Shown: in pieces, positions 51,129 to 64,000 of the stretch
Numbering within the stretch: position 1 is the stretch's first letter
How the letters are laid out: the number at the start of each line of letters is the position of its first letter
Origin: Pseudomonadota bacterium
GTDB taxonomy: Bacteria > Pseudomonadota > Gammaproteobacteria > Pseudomonadales > JAUIET01
Length of the DNA: 64,000 nt
Assembly: GCA_039111475.1 (NCBI GenBank)
Contig: JBCCIP010000027.1
Coordinates: forward strand, 11,964 to 75,963
Direction of reading: 5' to 3'
Made by a program: the position numbers and the translations under genes
The notes under the pieces: model-generated
Told to the model about the DNA's origin: nothing
The model's input: the letters and a program-made list of their open reading frames with translations, nothing else
Databases searched by the model: none

Positions 51129-52207
51129 TTATGGCGGGTGGCACGGGTGGGCACGTATTTCCTGGCCTCGCCGTGGCGGACGAGTTGACCGCCGCCGGTT
51201 ACCGAGTGGAATGGCTGGGTACCCAGGCCGGCATTGAGTCGCGATTGGTGCCAGATGCAGGTTACACCTTGCATTGTCTGCCGGTAAGCGGTGTGCGTGG
51301 CCTAGGTGTGGTGACCTTGCTGAAAGCGCCGTTAATGATTACCCGCTCGGTATACAACGCATGGAAATTGCTGCGTAAGTTGCGCCCTGTTGCTGTGATG
51401 GGTTTCGGTGGATTTGCCGCAGGTCCTGGTGCAGTGGCGGCGAGGCTTTTGGGCAAACCGCTGATTCTTCACGAACAGAATTCAGTGCTTGGCACCACCA
51501 ACGGTTTGTTGCAATACGTAGCGTCAAGACGACTGGAGGGCTTCCCAAATACGTTTACGCGCCGACGAAACACCTACTTAACGGGTAATCCGGTGCGCGC
51601 TGACATTGCGGCGATGCCTGCAGATAAACAGCACTCGCACGAGGGCTCGCTAAATATTCTTGTTGTTGGTGGTAGTCGCGGTGCGCGCGCACTGAACGAA
51701 AACCTGCCTCTACTGCTTAAGCAAGCCAGCAGGAATTCCGCAACCGCTGTGAGTGTGTGCCATCAGTCAGGTGAGCAAGAGCTTGCATCGACCAGAGAAC
51801 GTTATGAAGCGTTGGACTGCGATTTGCAGTTTGAAGTATGCGCATTTCTTGACAACATGGCGGAACGATACAACTGGGCCGATATTGTTGTTTGTAGAGC
51901 GGGTGCGATGACTGTTGCAGAACTGACCGCAGCTGGTAAGCCTTCGCTATTGGTGCCGTTCCCTTATGCGATTGACGACCACCAAACTGAAAATGCGCGC
52001 TGGCTAGCTGATCATTCGGCGGGGGTTCTGGTTCCGCAATCCGAATTGCTCAATGAAACCACGATTGCGCGATTGGCTGCGCTGCTGGAATCTCCGCAAA
52101 AGCGCAGTGCGATGGCTGAATGTGCCAAGCAACTGGCTATTCTGGATTCTGCGAGTCGTGTGGCACAGCACTGTACTGAGCTTACGCAATCGGGGAGCGT
52201 TTCATGA
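51110..52207 (+). CDS. murG: undecaprenyldiphospho-muramoylpentapeptide beta-N-acetylglucosaminyltransferase
   Basis: 365 aa with the N-terminal [14 protein letters not shown] motif. Confidence 0.95.
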   Translation: MSETFVIMAGGTGGHVFPGLAVADELTAAGYRVEWLGTQAGIESRLVPDAGYTLHCLPVSGVRGLGVVTLLKAPLMITRSVYNAWKLLRKLRPVAVMGFGGFAAGPGAVAARLLGKPLILHEQNSVLGTTNGLLQYVASRRLEGFPNTFTRRRNTYLTGNPVRADIAAMPADKQHSHEGSLNILVVGGSRGARALNENLPLLLKQASRNSATAVSVCHQSGEQELASTRERYEALDCDLQFEVCAFLDNMAERYNWADIVVCRAGAMTVAELTAAGKPSLLVPFPYAIDDHQTENARWLADHSAGVLVPQSELLNETTIARLAALLESPQKRSAMAECAKQLAILDSASRVAQHCTELTQSGSVS

Positions 52208-53628
52208 GCACCGCCAATAAGGCAATGACGATTCCCGAAATGCGCCGCATACGCCGAATCCATTTCGTTGGTATTGGTGGTGCGGGCATGTCGGGAATCG
52301 CTGAGGTTCTGGCAAACCAGAATTATGAAGTGTCTGGCTCGGACATTACCGAGTCAGAAACGACGGAGCGGCTGCGAAAAATGGGTGTGAAAGTGCAGCT
52401 TGGCCAGGCTGCCAAAAATGTGGACGCGGCTGATGTACTGGTTGTTTCCACCGCGATCAATGAAGACAATGTTGAAGTTAAAGCGGCGCGCGACGCACGA
52501 ATTCCAATAGTGCCTCGTGCCGAAATGCTGGCTGAGCTCATGCGTTATCGTCACAGTATTGCGATTGCAGGCACGCATGGTAAAACTACCACAACCAGTC
52601 TGGTTGCCTCCGTTCTGGGCGCAGGCGGTCTGGATCCAACATTCATAATAGGTGGCCTGTTGAATAGCGCGGGAAGCAATGCGCGGCTTGGAATCAGTCG
52701 TTATCTGGTTGCTGAGGCTGACGAAAGCGATGCGTCTTTTTTGCACCTGCAGCCGATGACAGCCGTTGTTACCAATATCGATGCGGACCACATGGAAAGC
52801 TACGCAGGTGACTTTGAACAGCTCAAAGCAACCTTCATTAGCTTTCTGCACAATCTACCTTTTTATGGTCTGGCGGTACTTTGTATTGATGATCCCGTGT
52901 TGCGCTCGATGATGGCGGATGTTGGCCGGCCCACACTCACCTATGGGTTTTCGGAAGACGCAGATTTTGTCATCAGTGATTTATATTCAGAGGGATTGAA
53001 AACGCGGTTCACGGTTCATCGACCCGATGGGCACCAAAGCCTTGAAATAAGCCTCGCCATGCCTGGCCAGCACAATGTGTTGAACGCCACTGCAGCGGTA
53101 GCGGTCGCCACTGATGAAGGAATTGCCGCACAGGATATACAGCGAGCCTTGACGGAGTTTGCCGGAGTGGGTCGCAGATTCCAGGTATTTGGTGATCTTA
53201 AGGTTGAATCGGGACGAGTAACGCTTGTCGATGACTACGGCCATCACCCAACTGAAGTGACTGCAACAATCAAAGCGGTTCGCCAGGCTTGGCCGGATCA
53301 ACGCCTCATCATGGTGTTTCAACCACACAGATTCAGCCGAACCCGCGATCTGTATGAAGATTTCGTGGCGACCTTGTCTACTGTGGATGTTTTGCTGCTG
53401 CTCGATGTGTACAGCGCCGGTGAGCAAGTTATCCAGGGTGCTGATGGTCGCAGTTTGAGTAGAAGCATTCGCACCCGCGGTCACATCGATCCTGTTTTTG
53501 TTGAAGACATTGCAAGCTTGCCAGAAATTTTGAAAGACGTGGTGCGCGATGGCGACATTGTGTTAACCCAGGGTGCGGGCAATGTTGGCGGCATTGCTCG
53601 AAGCGTGTTTAAAGAAGGTTTGTTATGA
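52204..53628 (+). CDS. murC: UDP-N-acetylmuramate--L-alanine ligase
   Basis: 474 aa ([18 protein letters not shown]…GTHGKTTT…). Confidence 0.96.
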   Translation: MSTANKAMTIPEMRRIRRIHFVGIGGAGMSGIAEVLANQNYEVSGSDITESETTERLRKMGVKVQLGQAAKNVDAADVLVVSTAINEDNVEVKAARDARIPIVPRAEMLAELMRYRHSIAIAGTHGKTTTTSLVASVLGAGGLDPTFIIGGLLNSAGSNARLGISRYLVAEADESDASFLHLQPMTAVVTNIDADHMESYAGDFEQLKATFISFLHNLPFYGLAVLCIDDPVLRSMMADVGRPTLTYGFSEDADFVISDLYSEGLKTRFTVHRPDGHQSLEISLAMPGQHNVLNATAAVAVATDEGIAAQDIQRALTEFAGVGRRFQVFGDLKVESGRVTLVDDYGHHPTEVTATIKAVRQAWPDQRLIMVFQPHRFSRTRDLYEDFVATLSTVDVLLLLDVYSAGEQVIQGADGRSLSRSIRTRGHIDPVFVEDIASLPEILKDVVRDGDIVLTQGAGNVGGIARSVFKEGLL

Positions 53629-54602
53629 CATTGGGTAGCGATGTAGAGAAGCTTGTTTCATTGTGCACAAATGCCATGCAAGGCCCGCTGGCGGTTTTGT
53701 ATGGCGGTTGGTCGGCAGAGCGTGAAGTGTCGTTGATGAGCGGGACGGCGGTTATCGCGGCGTTTGAGAAAGCGGGTATACCTGTTACAGCGATTGATAT
53801 TGAGCGTGACGTAGCCGATGTACTTGGTAAACATGGAATCCGCCACGTGTTTAATGCGCTGCACGGTCCTTATGGCGAGGATGGTGTGATCGGCGGCTTA
53901 TTGCAATTTCTAAACATCAGCGCTACGGGCAGCGGTGTGCTGGCATCAGCGCTCGCGATGGACAAATTACGCAGTAAACAATTGTGGCGAGGTATAGGTG
54001 TAAATACACCTTCGTTTGCGATGGCAGTCGATGGTGTCGATTACGCTGAAATAATGCGCTCTCTTGGTGGCAAGGTGATGGTAAAGCCTGCCCATGAAGG
54101 TTCCAGCATAGGCATGTCGATTGCTGAAAATATGGATCAATTACAAGCGGCAATTGCGGAAGCCAAACGCTTTGATTCCAGCGTGTTGATTGAACAATTT
54201 ATCGAGGGGCCTGAATACAGTGTGCCCGTGATCGCCGGCAATGTGCTGCCAATCACTGAACTAAAGCCAAAAAATACCTTTTATGACTATGAAGCCAAGT
54301 ACTTCTCTTCTGAGACCGAATACGAGTGCCCGGCTCAACTGAGCGATGAGCAATGTGAGCAAGCAAATCGACTAGTCCTGCAGGCCTATGAAAGTCTGGG
54401 TTGCCGCGGATGGGGAAGGGTGGATTTACTGCTTGATGAAAATGGAAACTTTCAAGTGTTGGAAGTTAACACTATTCCAGGTATGACTGAGCACAGTATT
54501 GTGCCAATGTCTGCACTTGCGGCCGGGTTTAATTTTGAGTCCCTGGTATTGAACGTTTTACTGGACAGTTTGATTTGTCCATCGAGTGCGATAGATGATT
54601 AG
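53625..54602 (+). CDS. ddl: D-alanine--D-alanine ligase
   Basis: 325 aa ATP-grasp protein (…[13 protein letters not shown]…HGPYGEDG…). Confidence 0.95.
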   Translation: MTLGSDVEKLVSLCTNAMQGPLAVLYGGWSAEREVSLMSGTAVIAAFEKAGIPVTAIDIERDVADVLGKHGIRHVFNALHGPYGEDGVIGGLLQFLNISATGSGVLASALAMDKLRSKQLWRGIGVNTPSFAMAVDGVDYAEIMRSLGGKVMVKPAHEGSSIGMSIAENMDQLQAAIAEAKRFDSSVLIEQFIEGPEYSVPVIAGNVLPITELKPKNTFYDYEAKYFSSETEYECPAQLSDEQCEQANRLVLQAYESLGCRGWGRVDLLLDENGNFQVLEVNTIPGMTEHSIVPMSALAAGFNFESLVLNVLLDSLICPSSAIDD

Positions 54603-55476
54603 TACAGATTGTCGGCATAGAAAACAAAAAACTGTCGCCACACGCAAAAGCGCCAGGCGTCGCGGAGCGGTTAACACCTCGCGCAAATTCGAGCAAAAAA
54701 ACCGTATAAAACAGCTGTTTATGGTATTGCTTATCTGGATTGGTGTGTTGGGTTTCGGTATGTTGGGTTTCAGCAATGCAAAACCACTGTTCGAGATTGA
54801 TGTGCAGAGTGTGCAAATTGAAGGAGATTTTGAAAGAGTGCAGAAAGCACAAATTGGCAGCTCACTTGCATCGCTAGTGGGTAATGGTTTTTTTACTCTA
54901 CAGCTAGCGCCAATTAAACATTTGCTGGAACAGCAAGAGTGGGTATACCGGGCAGAAGTCAGTCGGCGCTGGCCGTCTGGTATTAGTGTGGCCATAGAAG
55001 AACAAACGCCTATCGCTATATGGAACTCGCGAGCGCTGTTAAATTCAGACGGTGATGAGTTTTCCGCAGGCCATGCAGACCTAAAGGAATTTGACTTGCC
55101 CCGCATTGCAGGGCATGAGTCACGACAAAATATGATGGTTCAGCAATTTAGAGAATTCTCAGACATGCTCCTTCCTGCCGGGCATTCGATTGCGGAGTTA
55201 ACTCACAGTGACGCGCTGGGCTTGTTTGCGCGACTGGATAACGGTACAGAAATTCGGTTCGGTAATGATCGATTACTGGATAAGATGAGGCGATTTCTGA
55301 AAATCCACGCCGAACTGGCTGTGCAACGCGAAGGGAGTTTGCAGTCCATTGATTTTCGCTATAGCCGGGGTGTGGCGGTGCGTTGGGCTAAAGATGAATC
55401 TAGTCACATTGCAAGTCAGCAAAAGCCACCGACAGAAGAAAAATTGCTAGCAGCAGTGAGCGCGTTTAATGGCTAA
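54595..55476 (+). CDS. ftsQ: cell division protein FtsQ
   Basis: 293 aa with a basic N-terminal tail, one TM helix and a POTRA-like region, lying between ddl and ftsA. Confidence 0.85.
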   Translation: MISTDCRHRKQKTVATRKSARRRGAVNTSRKFEQKNRIKQLFMVLLIWIGVLGFGMLGFSNAKPLFEIDVQSVQIEGDFERVQKAQIGSSLASLVGNGFFTLQLAPIKHLLEQQEWVYRAEVSRRWPSGISVAIEEQTPIAIWNSRALLNSDGDEFSAGHADLKEFDLPRIAGHESRQNMMVQQFREFSDMLLPAGHSIAELTHSDALGLFARLDNGTEIRFGNDRLLDKMRRFLKIHAELAVQREGSLQSIDFRYSRGVAVRWAKDESSHIASQQKPPTEEKLLAAVSAFNG

Positions 55477-56698
55477 CGATAATAAAATGATCGTTGGACT
55501 GGATATTGGCACCTCCAAGATTGTTGCCATTGTGGCTGAAGTCGACGCCGATGGACAGGTAAACATTGTTGGCATTGGCTCCAAGCCTTCGCGCGGTCTT
55601 AAGAAAGGCGTGGTGGTAAATATTGAATCGACTATTCAATCGATCCAAAGTGCTATTGAAGAAGCCGAACTGATGGCTGGATGCCAGATTCACTCGGTGT
55701 ATGCTGGAATCGCAGGTAGCCATATTCGCAGCATGAATTCGCACGGCATAGTTGCTATTCGCGATAAGGAAGTTAGACAGCTCGATGTTGAGCGAGTCAT
55801 TGATGCGGCTCAAGCTGTAGCCATTCCGGCCGACCAAAAAGTGTTACACATTCTGCCGCAGGAATTTTTGATCGACGACCAAGAAGGCATCAAGAAGCCA
55901 CTTGGAATGTCCGGTGTCCGTCTGGAAGCCAAAGTGCATCTGGTTACTTGCGCGGTGAACGCGGCGCACAATATCGAGAAATGCATTAAGCGCTGTGGGT
56001 TGGATGTTGAAGACATAATTCTCGAGCAGCTAGCGTCTAGTTACTCGGTGCTTACCGATGATGAGCGCGAGTTGGGAGTGTGTCTGGTTGATATTGGTGG
56101 CGGTACTACTGACATCGCTATTTTTACCGACGGTGCAATCCGACATACCGGCGTGATTCCAATCGCTGGCGACCAGGTAACAAATGACATTGCCATGGCT
56201 TTGCGTACGCCCACGCAAAATGCAGAAGAAATAAAAATCAAATACGCCTGCGCGTTAGCGCAGCTCGCCGGGGCTGATCAGACTATCAAAGTGCCTAGCG
56301 TTGCAGATCGACCCGCGCGTGATTTATCACGTCAGGCGCTGGCTGAAGTTGTAGAGCCGCGCTATGACGAGTTGTTGTCATTGGTGCAGGCTGAACTGCG
56401 CCGCTCAGGGTTTGAAGACCTTGTTGCTGCCGGCATTGTGTTGACTGGTGGTACTTCGAAAATGGAAGGCGTGATCGAACTTGCTGAGTCCATATTTCAC
56501 ATGCCGGTTCGATTGGGCGTTCCAATTAATGTTCACGGACTTCAGGACATTGTGCGCAACCCGATTTACGCCACCGGCGTAGGTTTGCTGATGTATGGCA
56601 TCAAGCAACAACAAGAAGCCGAGTACATAAATACAGGTGAGAACCAGGGCAAAGGCCTGTTTTCACGAATGCAGCGATATCTGCAACAAAACTTTTAG
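55469..56698 (+). CDS. ftsA: cell division protein FtsA
   Basis: 409 aa ([18 protein letters not shown]…[13 protein letters not shown]…). Confidence 0.96.
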   Translation: MANDNKMIVGLDIGTSKIVAIVAEVDADGQVNIVGIGSKPSRGLKKGVVVNIESTIQSIQSAIEEAELMAGCQIHSVYAGIAGSHIRSMNSHGIVAIRDKEVRQLDVERVIDAAQAVAIPADQKVLHILPQEFLIDDQEGIKKPLGMSGVRLEAKVHLVTCAVNAAHNIEKCIKRCGLDVEDIILEQLASSYSVLTDDERELGVCLVDIGGGTTDIAIFTDGAIRHTGVIPIAGDQVTNDIAMALRTPTQNAEEIKIKYACALAQLAGADQTIKVPSVADRPARDLSRQALAEVVEPRYDELLSLVQAELRRSGFEDLVAAGIVLTGGTSKMEGVIELAESIFHMPVRLGVPINVHGLQDIVRNPIYATGVGLLMYGIKQQQEAEYINTGENQGKGLFSRMQRYLQQNF

Positions 56699-56726
56699 CT
56701 TAAGAATCTCGTACGGGAGAAATACC

Positions 56727-57950
56727 ATGTTTGAACTAGTCGACAATGTCCCACAAAATGCTGTTATTAAAGTATTAGGCGTCGGTGGTGGTGGCGGAAA
56801 CGCCGTGAAACACATGATCACCAATCATGTAGATGGTGTGCAATTCATTTGCGCAAACACTGACGCTCAGGCGCTAGCAGACGTCGATTCTCACACAGTG
56901 TTGCAACTGGGTGGGACGGTGACCAGTGGTTTGGGTGCAGGCGCCAACCCTGAGGTTGGCCGGCAAGCTGCACTCGAAGATCGTGATCGCATCATGGAAA
57001 GTCTGCAAGGTGCAGACATGGTTTTCATCACCGCTGGTATGGGTGGTGGAACGGGCACCGGTGGTGCGCCGGTAGTCGCTGAGATCGCTAAAGAGATGGG
57101 TATACTGACGGTCGCTGTAGTGACCAAGCCATTTTCGTTTGAAGGTGCCAGCCGCATGAAAGTCGCGGCGGCAGGAATGGAAGAGCTGGAACAGCATGTT
57201 GATTCTTTAATAACGATTCCAAATGAAAAATTGCTGCCCGTACTCGGTCAAAACGTGACGCTGTTAGATGCCTTCAATGCAGCTAACGATGTGTTGTTAG
57301 GCGCTGTACAAGGCATAGCTGATCTGATTATTCGACCGGGTATGATGAATGTTGACTTTGCAGACGTGCGCACAGTGATGTCAGAAATGGGCATGGCGAT
57401 GATGGGTACCGGTGCGGCGCATGGTGAAGGCCGTGCTCGCGATGCAGCCGAGAAAGCGATCCGCAGTCCATTACTTGAGGATGTAAATCTGCAAGGTGCG
57501 CGCGGCATTCTGGTGAACATCACGGCTGGAATGGATTTGCTGCTTGGTGAATTCACCGACGTAGGCGATACCATCAAAGAGTTTGCATCAGACAATGCCA
57601 CCATTGTAGTGGGAACCGTTCTGGATCCGGATATGAGCGACGAGATTCGAGTAACAGTCGTGGCTACAGGGCTGGATGGTGATCGTGCTCGCCGAACTGA
57701 ATCTCCTGCGGCAGAACCATTGCCGGTGGGAGAAGCACCTAATTATAAAGATTATGACATGCCTACAGCTATTCGAAGACCCCGCCGGGAAGAGGTTAGG
57801 GCGGCTAGACCTGCCCATATTCGGGCTCTAGATTCCGGCCAAAATACAGCTGTGCAGACTGCAGAAATGCCTGAAATAGACTCATCAAATACGGACAAAG
57901 ACCTGCAATTCCTTGATATTCCAGCATTTATTCGCAGGCAAGCAGATTAG
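56727..57950 (+). CDS. ftsZ: cell division GTPase FtsZ
   Basis: [27 protein letters not shown]…[11 protein letters not shown]… with the C-terminal peptide [12 protein letters not shown] trimmed the start to the ATG at 56727, which follows GGGAGA. Confidence 0.98.
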   Translation: MFELVDNVPQNAVIKVLGVGGGGGNAVKHMITNHVDGVQFICANTDAQALADVDSHTVLQLGGTVTSGLGAGANPEVGRQAALEDRDRIMESLQGADMVFITAGMGGGTGTGGAPVVAEIAKEMGILTVAVVTKPFSFEGASRMKVAAAGMEELEQHVDSLITIPNEKLLPVLGQNVTLLDAFNAANDVLLGAVQGIADLIIRPGMMNVDFADVRTVMSEMGMAMMGTGAAHGEGRARDAAEKAIRSPLLEDVNLQGARGILVNITAGMDLLLGEFTDVGDTIKEFASDNATIVVGTVLDPDMSDEIRVTVVATGLDGDRARRTESPAAEPLPVGEAPNYKDYDMPTAIRRPRREEVRAARPAHIRALDSGQNTAVQTAEMPEIDSSNTDKDLQFLDIPAFIRRQAD

Positions 57951-57972
57951 CTATAGTTAAGGTCTATAAACT

Positions 57973-57999
57973 CAGCCAGGAAAACTGGCTGGTTTCGGT
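57973..57999 (+). terminator. stem-loop after ftsZ (possible terminator/attenuator)
   Basis: CAGCCAG/CTGGCTG forms a 7-bp stem with a GAAAA loop, followed by GTTTCGGTTT. Confidence 0.45.
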
Positions 58000-58149
58000 T
58001 TAAGTCGTCGGGTACAATGCGCAGCGCATGTATAAGCCAGTCGCAGCGCTCTTGGCGACTCATAACAGCGGCTTTACGGTGGGGTAATCGGGTTTGGCCC
58101 GCACCGAGACAGTGTATGGACACTGTAGCTTACACACAAAAGAGACACT

Positions 58150-59061
58150 ATGATTCGGCAACGTACGCTTCGCAATTCGATCAAAGCCACCGGCATCGGG
58201 CTGCACACCGGCAAGAAAGTGTATTTGACGCTTCGTCCTGCGCCCGTTAATACTGGCATTGTTTTCCGTAGAATAGATCTTGACCCTGTGCAGGAGATTC
58301 CAGCCTATTCCGACTTTGTAGGCGACACAATGTTGTCAACGGCCTTAGCGGCGGGAGACGTCAAAGTATCGACGGTGGAACACTTGTTGTCTGCGATGGC
58401 CGGTTTAGGCATAGACAACGCGATTGTAGACCTCAATGCAGAGGAAGTGCCAATCATGGATGGTAGTGCCGGTCCATTTGTATTCCTTATTCAATCGGCG
58501 GGCATAGAAGAGCAAGACGCCGCCAAGAAGTTCATTCGCATCACTAAGCCAGTTCGCGTTGAAGACGGCGACAAGCATGCAACACTGCAACCTTTCAACG
58601 GCTTCAAAGTAAACTTCACAATTTCATTCGACCATCCAGTATTTAACAATCGTACAGTCGATGCATGTGTGGACTTTTCCAGCACCTCGTATGTTCGTGA
58701 GGTCAGTCGAGCACGAACCTTTGGATTTATGCATGAAATCGAGTATTTACGCTCCCGAGGCTTCGCACTGGGAGGCAGCGTTGATAATGCCATTGTGGTC
58801 GATCAGTACCGAATCCTGAATGAGGATGGGCTGCGTTACGAAGACGAATTCGTGAAGCACAAAATATTGGACGCTATTGGTGACTTGTACCTGCTAGGCA
58901 AAGGTTTGATTGGCGAATACAATGCGTACAAATCCGGCCATTCCTTGAACAACATGGCGGTTAAGGCCTTATTAGCTAATCCAGATGCATGGGAAATTGC
59001 CAGTTTCGATGATCAAGAAGAAGCCCCGGTGTCTTACCTTAGCCCGGTGGTTGCCGTTTGA
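58150..59061 (+). CDS. lpxC: UDP-3-O-acyl-N-acetylglucosamine deacetylase
   Basis: 303 aa ([24 protein letters not shown]…). Confidence 0.97.
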   Translation: MIRQRTLRNSIKATGIGLHTGKKVYLTLRPAPVNTGIVFRRIDLDPVQEIPAYSDFVGDTMLSTALAAGDVKVSTVEHLLSAMAGLGIDNAIVDLNAEEVPIMDGSAGPFVFLIQSAGIEEQDAAKKFIRITKPVRVEDGDKHATLQPFNGFKVNFTISFDHPVFNNRTVDACVDFSSTSYVREVSRARTFGFMHEIEYLRSRGFALGGSVDNAIVVDQYRILNEDGLRYEDEFVKHKILDAIGDLYLLGKGLIGEYNAYKSGHSLNNMAVKALLANPDAWEIASFDDQEEAPVSYLSPVVAV

Positions 59062-59134
59062 TCAAAGCCGGCTATACTTTTTAAAGAGACCAGATAGATA
59101 GAAGCGACGCCATGAGCGTTGCCGGAACAAAATT

Positions 59135-60067
59135 ATGCAAATTATTCTTGTCAGCAGGCGGCATAGCCGTTCAAAGACATTGAATGTGTCCGTGCCGTTA
59201 CTGATGGTACTGGGTGTGGCGCTTCTCGCTGCGTCTGTTTTTGGTTTTTACACCTTAGCGAACACTTTGCAGCCGTCCAAAGGCCAGACGCAACTGATTT
59301 CTGAATGGCAACAAACTCTAGAAGAGCAACGTGATGCATTGGTCGCCACCAAGCAAGAAAACCAGGCGAAGATTGAAGCGCTTGCAGTGAAAACTGCTCA
59401 GCTGCAATCACGGCTACTGCGGCTGGATGCGCTCGCCGAGCGAATGGCAACGATGGCAAAACTCGATCGATCAGAATTTGATTTTTCCGAGCAGCCGGCC
59501 ATGGGTGGTCCGGAAGAAGGGGCCCCTAACGGCGAATCCTCTCAGGAAGTAATGTTGGACACACCCGATTTCCACAAGTCGCTGGACTTGTTAGCCGATC
59601 AAATCGATCGCCGCGAACAACAGCTCGAATATATGGAGAGCTTGCTTTCTAACCGAAAGTTGCGTGATGCAGGCATGATTGGTGGGCGGCCTATCTTGAA
59701 GGGCTGGATGTCATCAGGTTTTGGTTACCGCACTGACCCGTTCAAAGGGCATAGGGCCTGGCATAAAGGTGTGGATTTTGCAGGCAAGATGGGCAGTGAT
59801 ATTATTTCAGTGGCGGCAGGCGTCGTTACCTGGGCGGATAAGCGATACGGCTACGGCAATCTAGTGCAGATTAATCATGGTAATGGCTACAGCACTCGCT
59901 ACGGCCACAACTCAGAAATCATAGTTAACCCCGGTGACGTGGTTAAGAAAGGTCAGGTGATTGCAAAAATGGGCAGCAGTGGCCGTTCAACAGGGGCTCA
60001 CGTTCATTTTGAAGTGCTGAAAGCGGGTAAATCAATAAACCCAACTACATACATCAATCGCCAATAA
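59135..60067 (+). CDS. membrane-anchored M23-family metallopeptidase with a coiled-coil region
   Basis: 310 aa with an N-terminal TM helix, a coiled coil and an M23 (LytM) domain with HKGVDFAG … HVHFEV. Confidence 0.85.
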   Translation: MQIILVSRRHSRSKTLNVSVPLLMVLGVALLAASVFGFYTLANTLQPSKGQTQLISEWQQTLEEQRDALVATKQENQAKIEALAVKTAQLQSRLLRLDALAERMATMAKLDRSEFDFSEQPAMGGPEEGAPNGESSQEVMLDTPDFHKSLDLLADQIDRREQQLEYMESLLSNRKLRDAGMIGGRPILKGWMSSGFGYRTDPFKGHRAWHKGVDFAGKMGSDIISVAAGVVTWADKRYGYGNLVQINHGNGYSTRYGHNSEIIVNPGDVVKKGQVIAKMGSSGRSTGAHVHFEVLKAGKSINPTTYINRQ

Positions 60068-60194
60068 GCAGCCGCCTCGGGCCGTGGCGCCCCTCATTCG
60101 TAACTTTCTACTTGCTTAAGACAGGCGCATCCGGTTTACTTTGCACCCTGTTGCGCTGAGCTCCAGCGCTCACCCACTATTGCCGTTTTAAAAC

Positions 60195-62915
60195 ATGATT
60201 GGAAAGTTATTCAAGGCCGTTGTTGGCACCAAGAATGATCGTGAGCTGAAGCGACTACGCAAAGTCGTAAAGCGAATAAATGCTTTCGAAGAAGACTTCG
60301 AGAAGCTGCGTGACGTAGAAATTCAAGGCAAAACTGATGAATTTCGCGAGCGTTTGCAAAGCGGAGACAGCCTGGATAATTTATTACCAGAGGCGTTCGC
60401 GTTGGTCCGCGAAGCGAGTAAGCGTACCCTGGGCCTGCGACACTTCGACGTGCAGATGATTGGCGGCTACGCTCTGCATGAGGGCAACATCGCCGAGATG
60501 CGAACTGGAGAAGGCAAGACTCTGGTCGCAACCCTGCCGGCTTATCTCAACGCATTGTCTGGTGAAGGAGTTCACCTGGTCACAGTGAACGACTATCTGG
60601 CGGAACGTGACGCCAACTGGATGCGGCCAATTTATGAAATGTTGGGTCTGACCGTAGGTGTCATTTTGTCCGGCCAGGACCAGGCTGATAAACACGCTGC
60701 TTACAATTCAGATATCACCTACGGCACAAACAATGAGTTTGGTTTCGATTATCTTCGCGACAATATGGCATTCAGTGCAGAAGATCGAATGCAAAACGGC
60801 CAGAATTTTGCCATCGTTGATGAAGTTGACTCTATTCTCATTGACGAGGCAAGAACACCGCTGATCATTTCTGGTGCCGCTGAAGACAGCTCGGCGCTGT
60901 ACAAGCGCATGGACAAGTTTATCAAGCGTTTGCAACCAGATGTTGGTGAAGGTGGTCATTACACCCTTGATGAAAAGCAACGCCATATTGAGTTAACTGA
61001 AGACGGTCACCAGTTTGTAGAAGAGTTGCTGACTGAAGATGGCTTGCTCGAAGAAGACGATAATCTGTATGCACCTGGTAATCTGAACTTGCTGCACCAT
61101 GTTAATTCCGCCCTACGCGCGCACGTTTTCTTTAACCGCAATGTTGAATACATTGTGCAAAACAATCGTATCGTGTTGATAGACGAGCATACCGGGCGAA
61201 CAATGCCTGGCAGGCGGCTATCCGAAGGCTTACACCAAGCGATAGAAGCGAAAGAAAAAGTAGAAATACAGGCGGAAAGCCAAACCCTCGCATCCACTAC
61301 CTTCCAGAACTATTTCCGCCTGTACAACACTTTAAGCGGAATGACTGGTACCGCAGACACTGAAGCCTTTGAGTTCAGACAAATATACGGTCTGGATGTT
61401 TTGGTGATTCCAACCAATCTACCGACCATTCGCAAAGATCTAAACGATCTGGTTTTTCTTTCCAAGGAAGAGAAATTCGAAGCGATTCTCGAAGACATTA
61501 AGGTCTATATAGAGCAGGGCAGTCCCGTGCTGGTAGGTACCGCGTCGATTGAGAGTTCAGAAGAGCTTTCAAACCATCTTGAGAAGAGCAAAATCGATCA
61601 CAAGGTGTTGAACGCAAAGTTTCACCAGCAAGAGGCGGAAATAATTGCCCAGGCTGGCCGCCCTGCCGCCATTACTATTGCTACAAACATGGCCGGCAGG
61701 GGTACTGACATTGTGTTGGGTGGCAATCTCGAAGCCGAACTGGCCTCGCGCAAAAACTTGACTGATGCGGATCGTGAAGCCTTGACAAAAGCCTGGCAAG
61801 AACGCCATGACCAGGTGATTGAAAACGGTGGTTTGCATATTCTGGCCACGGAACGACACGAGTCACGTCGAATAGATAATCAGTTGCGCGGCCGTGCTGG
61901 CCGGCAAGGTGACCCGGGCGTCACGCGCTTCTACCTGTCGTTAGAAGATAACCTGATGAGAATTTTTGCCTCGGATCGGGTTAAGAATTTTATGCAGGCG
62001 CTTGGTATGGAGCGGGGTGAAGCGATAGAGCACCGTATGGTGACCAACGCAATAGAAAAAGCACAGCGTAAAGTAGAAGGCCGCAACTTCGATATTCGCA
62101 AACAACTCCTGGAATACGATGATGTAGCAAATGACCAGCGCCAGGTCGTATACCGCCAACGTAACGAGGTGATGGAATCTACTGATATCAGTGACATGAT
62201 CGAGGCGATTCGCAGCGATGTGATCAGCGATACGGTAGACACCTTTGTGCCACCGCAAAGCCTTGAGGAGCAATGGGACGTAGCAGGATTGGAAGAAGGC
62301 CTGAGAACCGAGATGGGTCTTGAGCTACCGGTTCAACAGTGGCTGGATAAAGAAGATGATCTGCACGAAGAATCGCTAAGAGAACGAATAGAGGCGCGTT
62401 TCGTAGAGCAGTACGATGCGAAGATGTCACCGTTGGGTGAAGACGCGAGAAAACTGGAAAAACACGTGATGCTGCAAGTGCTGGATCAGCACTGGAAAGA
62501 GCACCTGGCAACCATGGATCATTTACGCCAGGGCATTCATTTGCGTGCATATGCGGCGAAAAATCCTAAGCAAGAATACAAACGCGAATCGTTCGAGCTG
62601 TTTCAATCCATGCTAGATGAAATCAAGCATGAGGTGGTGCAGTTTCTAGCGCGCGTTGAGATTCGAAAAGAAGAAGATGTGGACGCGGTAGAGCGCCAGA
62701 GGCGAGCGGCCGAGGCGGCGCAGACCATGGAGTTCCAACATGAGGAGCGTTCTGCTCTCGAAGTAGAACCCGATGAAGAACAGGCGATGGCTGATGGTTC
62801 GGTGCCGGCTGCGGCAGTGGAAACGTTCAAGAGAGCTCAGCCCAAGGTTGGCAGAAACGAGCCTTGTCCTTGTGGATCGGGTAAAAAATACAAACATTGT
62901 CATGGCAAACTTTGA
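60195..62915 (+). CDS. secA: preprotein translocase ATPase SecA
   Basis: 906 aa ([21 protein letters not shown]…) with the C-terminal zinc motif [14 protein letters not shown]. Confidence 0.98.
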   Translation: MIGKLFKAVVGTKNDRELKRLRKVVKRINAFEEDFEKLRDVEIQGKTDEFRERLQSGDSLDNLLPEAFALVREASKRTLGLRHFDVQMIGGYALHEGNIAEMRTGEGKTLVATLPAYLNALSGEGVHLVTVNDYLAERDANWMRPIYEMLGLTVGVILSGQDQADKHAAYNSDITYGTNNEFGFDYLRDNMAFSAEDRMQNGQNFAIVDEVDSILIDEARTPLIISGAAEDSSALYKRMDKFIKRLQPDVGEGGHYTLDEKQRHIELTEDGHQFVEELLTEDGLLEEDDNLYAPGNLNLLHHVNSALRAHVFFNRNVEYIVQNNRIVLIDEHTGRTMPGRRLSEGLHQAIEAKEKVEIQAESQTLASTTFQNYFRLYNTLSGMTGTADTEAFEFRQIYGLDVLVIPTNLPTIRKDLNDLVFLSKEEKFEAILEDIKVYIEQGSPVLVGTASIESSEELSNHLEKSKIDHKVLNAKFHQQEAEIIAQAGRPAAITIATNMAGRGTDIVLGGNLEAELASRKNLTDADREALTKAWQERHDQVIENGGLHILATERHESRRIDNQLRGRAGRQGDPGVTRFYLSLEDNLMRIFASDRVKNFMQALGMERGEAIEHRMVTNAIEKAQRKVEGRNFDIRKQLLEYDDVANDQRQVVYRQRNEVMESTDISDMIEAIRSDVISDTVDTFVPPQSLEEQWDVAGLEEGLRTEMGLELPVQQWLDKEDDLHEESLRERIEARFVEQYDAKMSPLGEDARKLEKHVMLQVLDQHWKEHLATMDHLRQGIHLRAYAAKNPKQEYKRESFELFQSMLDEIKHEVVQFLARVEIRKEEDVDAVERQRRAAEAAQTMEFQHEERSALEVEPDEEQAMADGSVPAAAVETFKRAQPKVGRNEPCPCGSGKKYKHCHGKL

Positions 62916-64000
62916 CCAAGCGATAGCGAGCGTTGGCGGTTGTCGCCTGGCCGCTGCCTCTGCCGGGATCAAGAATCCGGCGGCCGATGGCTCAAGCAAG
63001 CCAGACCTGGTACTCATAGAGACATGCGCCGGTAGCTCTATCGCCGCTACATTCACTCAGAATCGATTTGCAGCTGCACCTGTGTTGATTGCTAAACAGC
63101 ATTTAGCCGCATCCAGCGCTGAGCAGGCAAGATACTTACTGATTAATTCTGGCAATGCCAATGCGGGTACCGGGGCGCCAGGGCTGGCCACTGCATTGCA
63201 GTGCAGTGAAATGATGGCGAAAGCTGCGGACGTCAAAGCGATCAATGTCCTGCCGTTCTCTACGGGCGTGATTGGTGAGCCACTTGATGCAAATTTGGTG
63301 GGCAGCGCTGTCCCTGAATTATTTGCACATCTTGATAAGAATAACTGGATGGATGCAGCGCTAGGAATCATGACAACTGATACCGTGCCCAAACTGTACT
63401 CTGCTGAATTCGAATTGTTTGGGCAAAGTCATAGCATCACTGGCATTAGCAAGGGTGCCGGTATGATTTGCCCAAATATGGCAACCATGTTGTGCTTTAT
63501 TGCGACCGATGTAAGCATTGATCAGGTGCTGCTGGAAACGTTACTTGGTGAATCTGTTGAACGGAGTTTCAACCGCATTACCGTTGACGGTGATACCTCT
63601 ACCAACGACGCCTGTGTGGTTCTGGCAACCGGACACAGCAATGGCTCCAGCATTGAATCCAGCTCGCAAACTGAGTATGAGGTGTTTGCGCAGCAATTAA
63701 ACCTGGCATGCATCGATCTTGCTCGGCAAATAATTGCGGATGCCGAGGGAGCTTCCAAATTGGTGACAATAAAGGTTGAGCAAGGTGCGACAACCGCAGA
63801 TTGTTTGCGGGTAGCGTACACGATTGCGCATTCGCCTTTGGTGAAAACTGCTTTGTTTGCAGCAGACCCAAACTGGGGGCGTATACTCGCTGCAATCGGA
63901 CGTGCGCCGCTTGAGCAGCTGAACGTAGACAAAGTCAGTTTGTACATTGGCGATGTGTTGGTCGCACAGAATGGTGCGGTTGCTGACGGTTACTTAGAGC
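62902..64000 (+). CDS. argJ: bifunctional ornithine acetyltransferase / N-acetylglutamate synthase ArgJ (5' part; continues past window end)
   Basis: This gene is not in the ORF track because there is no stop in the window. The frame from ATG 62902 reads [24 protein letters not shown]…[11 protein letters not shown]…IMTTDT…[20 protein letters not shown]…, which includes the ArgJ self-cleavage region. It overlaps the secA 3' end by 14 nt. Confidence 0.93.
   Translation, partial: MANFDQAIASVGGCRLAAASAGIKNPAADGSSKPDLVLIETCAGSSIAATFTQNRFAAAPVLIAKQHLAASSAEQARYLLINSGNANAGTGAPGLATALQCSEMMAKAADVKAINVLPFSTGVIGEPLDANLVGSAVPELFAHLDKNNWMDAALGIMTTDTVPKLYSAEFELFGQSHSITGISKGAGMICPNMATMLCFIATDVSIDQVLLETLLGESVERSFNRITVDGDTSTNDACVVLATGHSNGSSIESSSQTEYEVFAQQLNLACIDLARQIIADAEGASKLVTIKVEQGATTADCLRVAYTIAHSPLVKTALFAADPNWGRILAAIGRAPLEQLNVDKVSLYIGDVLVAQNGAVADGYLE

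Overview
This 64-kb window is core chromosome from a gammaproteobacterium. As far as I remember it, the gene order closely follows the Pseudomonas aeruginosa PA4403-PA4484 region. The proteins are diverged, so I can only guess at a marine Pseudomonadales/Cellvibrionales-like organism. The window is almost gap-free housekeeping sequence. In order it holds: a small hypothetical gene and gatCAB (-); mreBCD-rng-yhdP (+); yjgA-mgtE-ptsO-rapZ-ptsN-hpf-rpoN-lptBAC-kdsCD-yrbG (-); mlaC-ibaG-murA-hisGD (+); algW/degS (-); a Nif3-family gene; zapG; zapE; rplM-rpsI-petA-petB/C-sspAB (+); dolP-diaA-yraN-lpoA (-); rsmI; the RNase P RNA gene rnpB; the complete dcw cluster (mraZ rsmH ftsL ftsI murE murF mraY murD ftsW murG murC ddl ftsQ ftsA ftsZ); lpxC; an M23 peptidase; secA; and the 5' part of argJ. 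I found no tRNA or rRNA genes, CRISPR arrays, transposase/integrase/phage genes, defence-type genes or compositional islands. I also could not find a novel multi-gene system, so this looks like an ordinary conserved region. The most unusual features are two changes in gene architecture. First, ribosomal protein L13 carries a 169-residue C-terminal extension made of a Lys/Ala/Pro-rich repeat and a helix-hairpin-helix-like domain. Second, cytochrome b and cytochrome c1 are fused into one 748-codon frame, and the junction shows an internal roughly 60-codon duplication that adds two predicted transmembrane helices. Smaller observations include an apparent ATT start for mreC, mgtE coupled to the PTS-Ntr operon, a solitary mlaC, a clear Pmra promoter with MraZ-type 10-bp repeats, and several leader or overlap oddities. 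All homology statements rest on my own reading of the translations and on remembered reference sequences. No database search was run.
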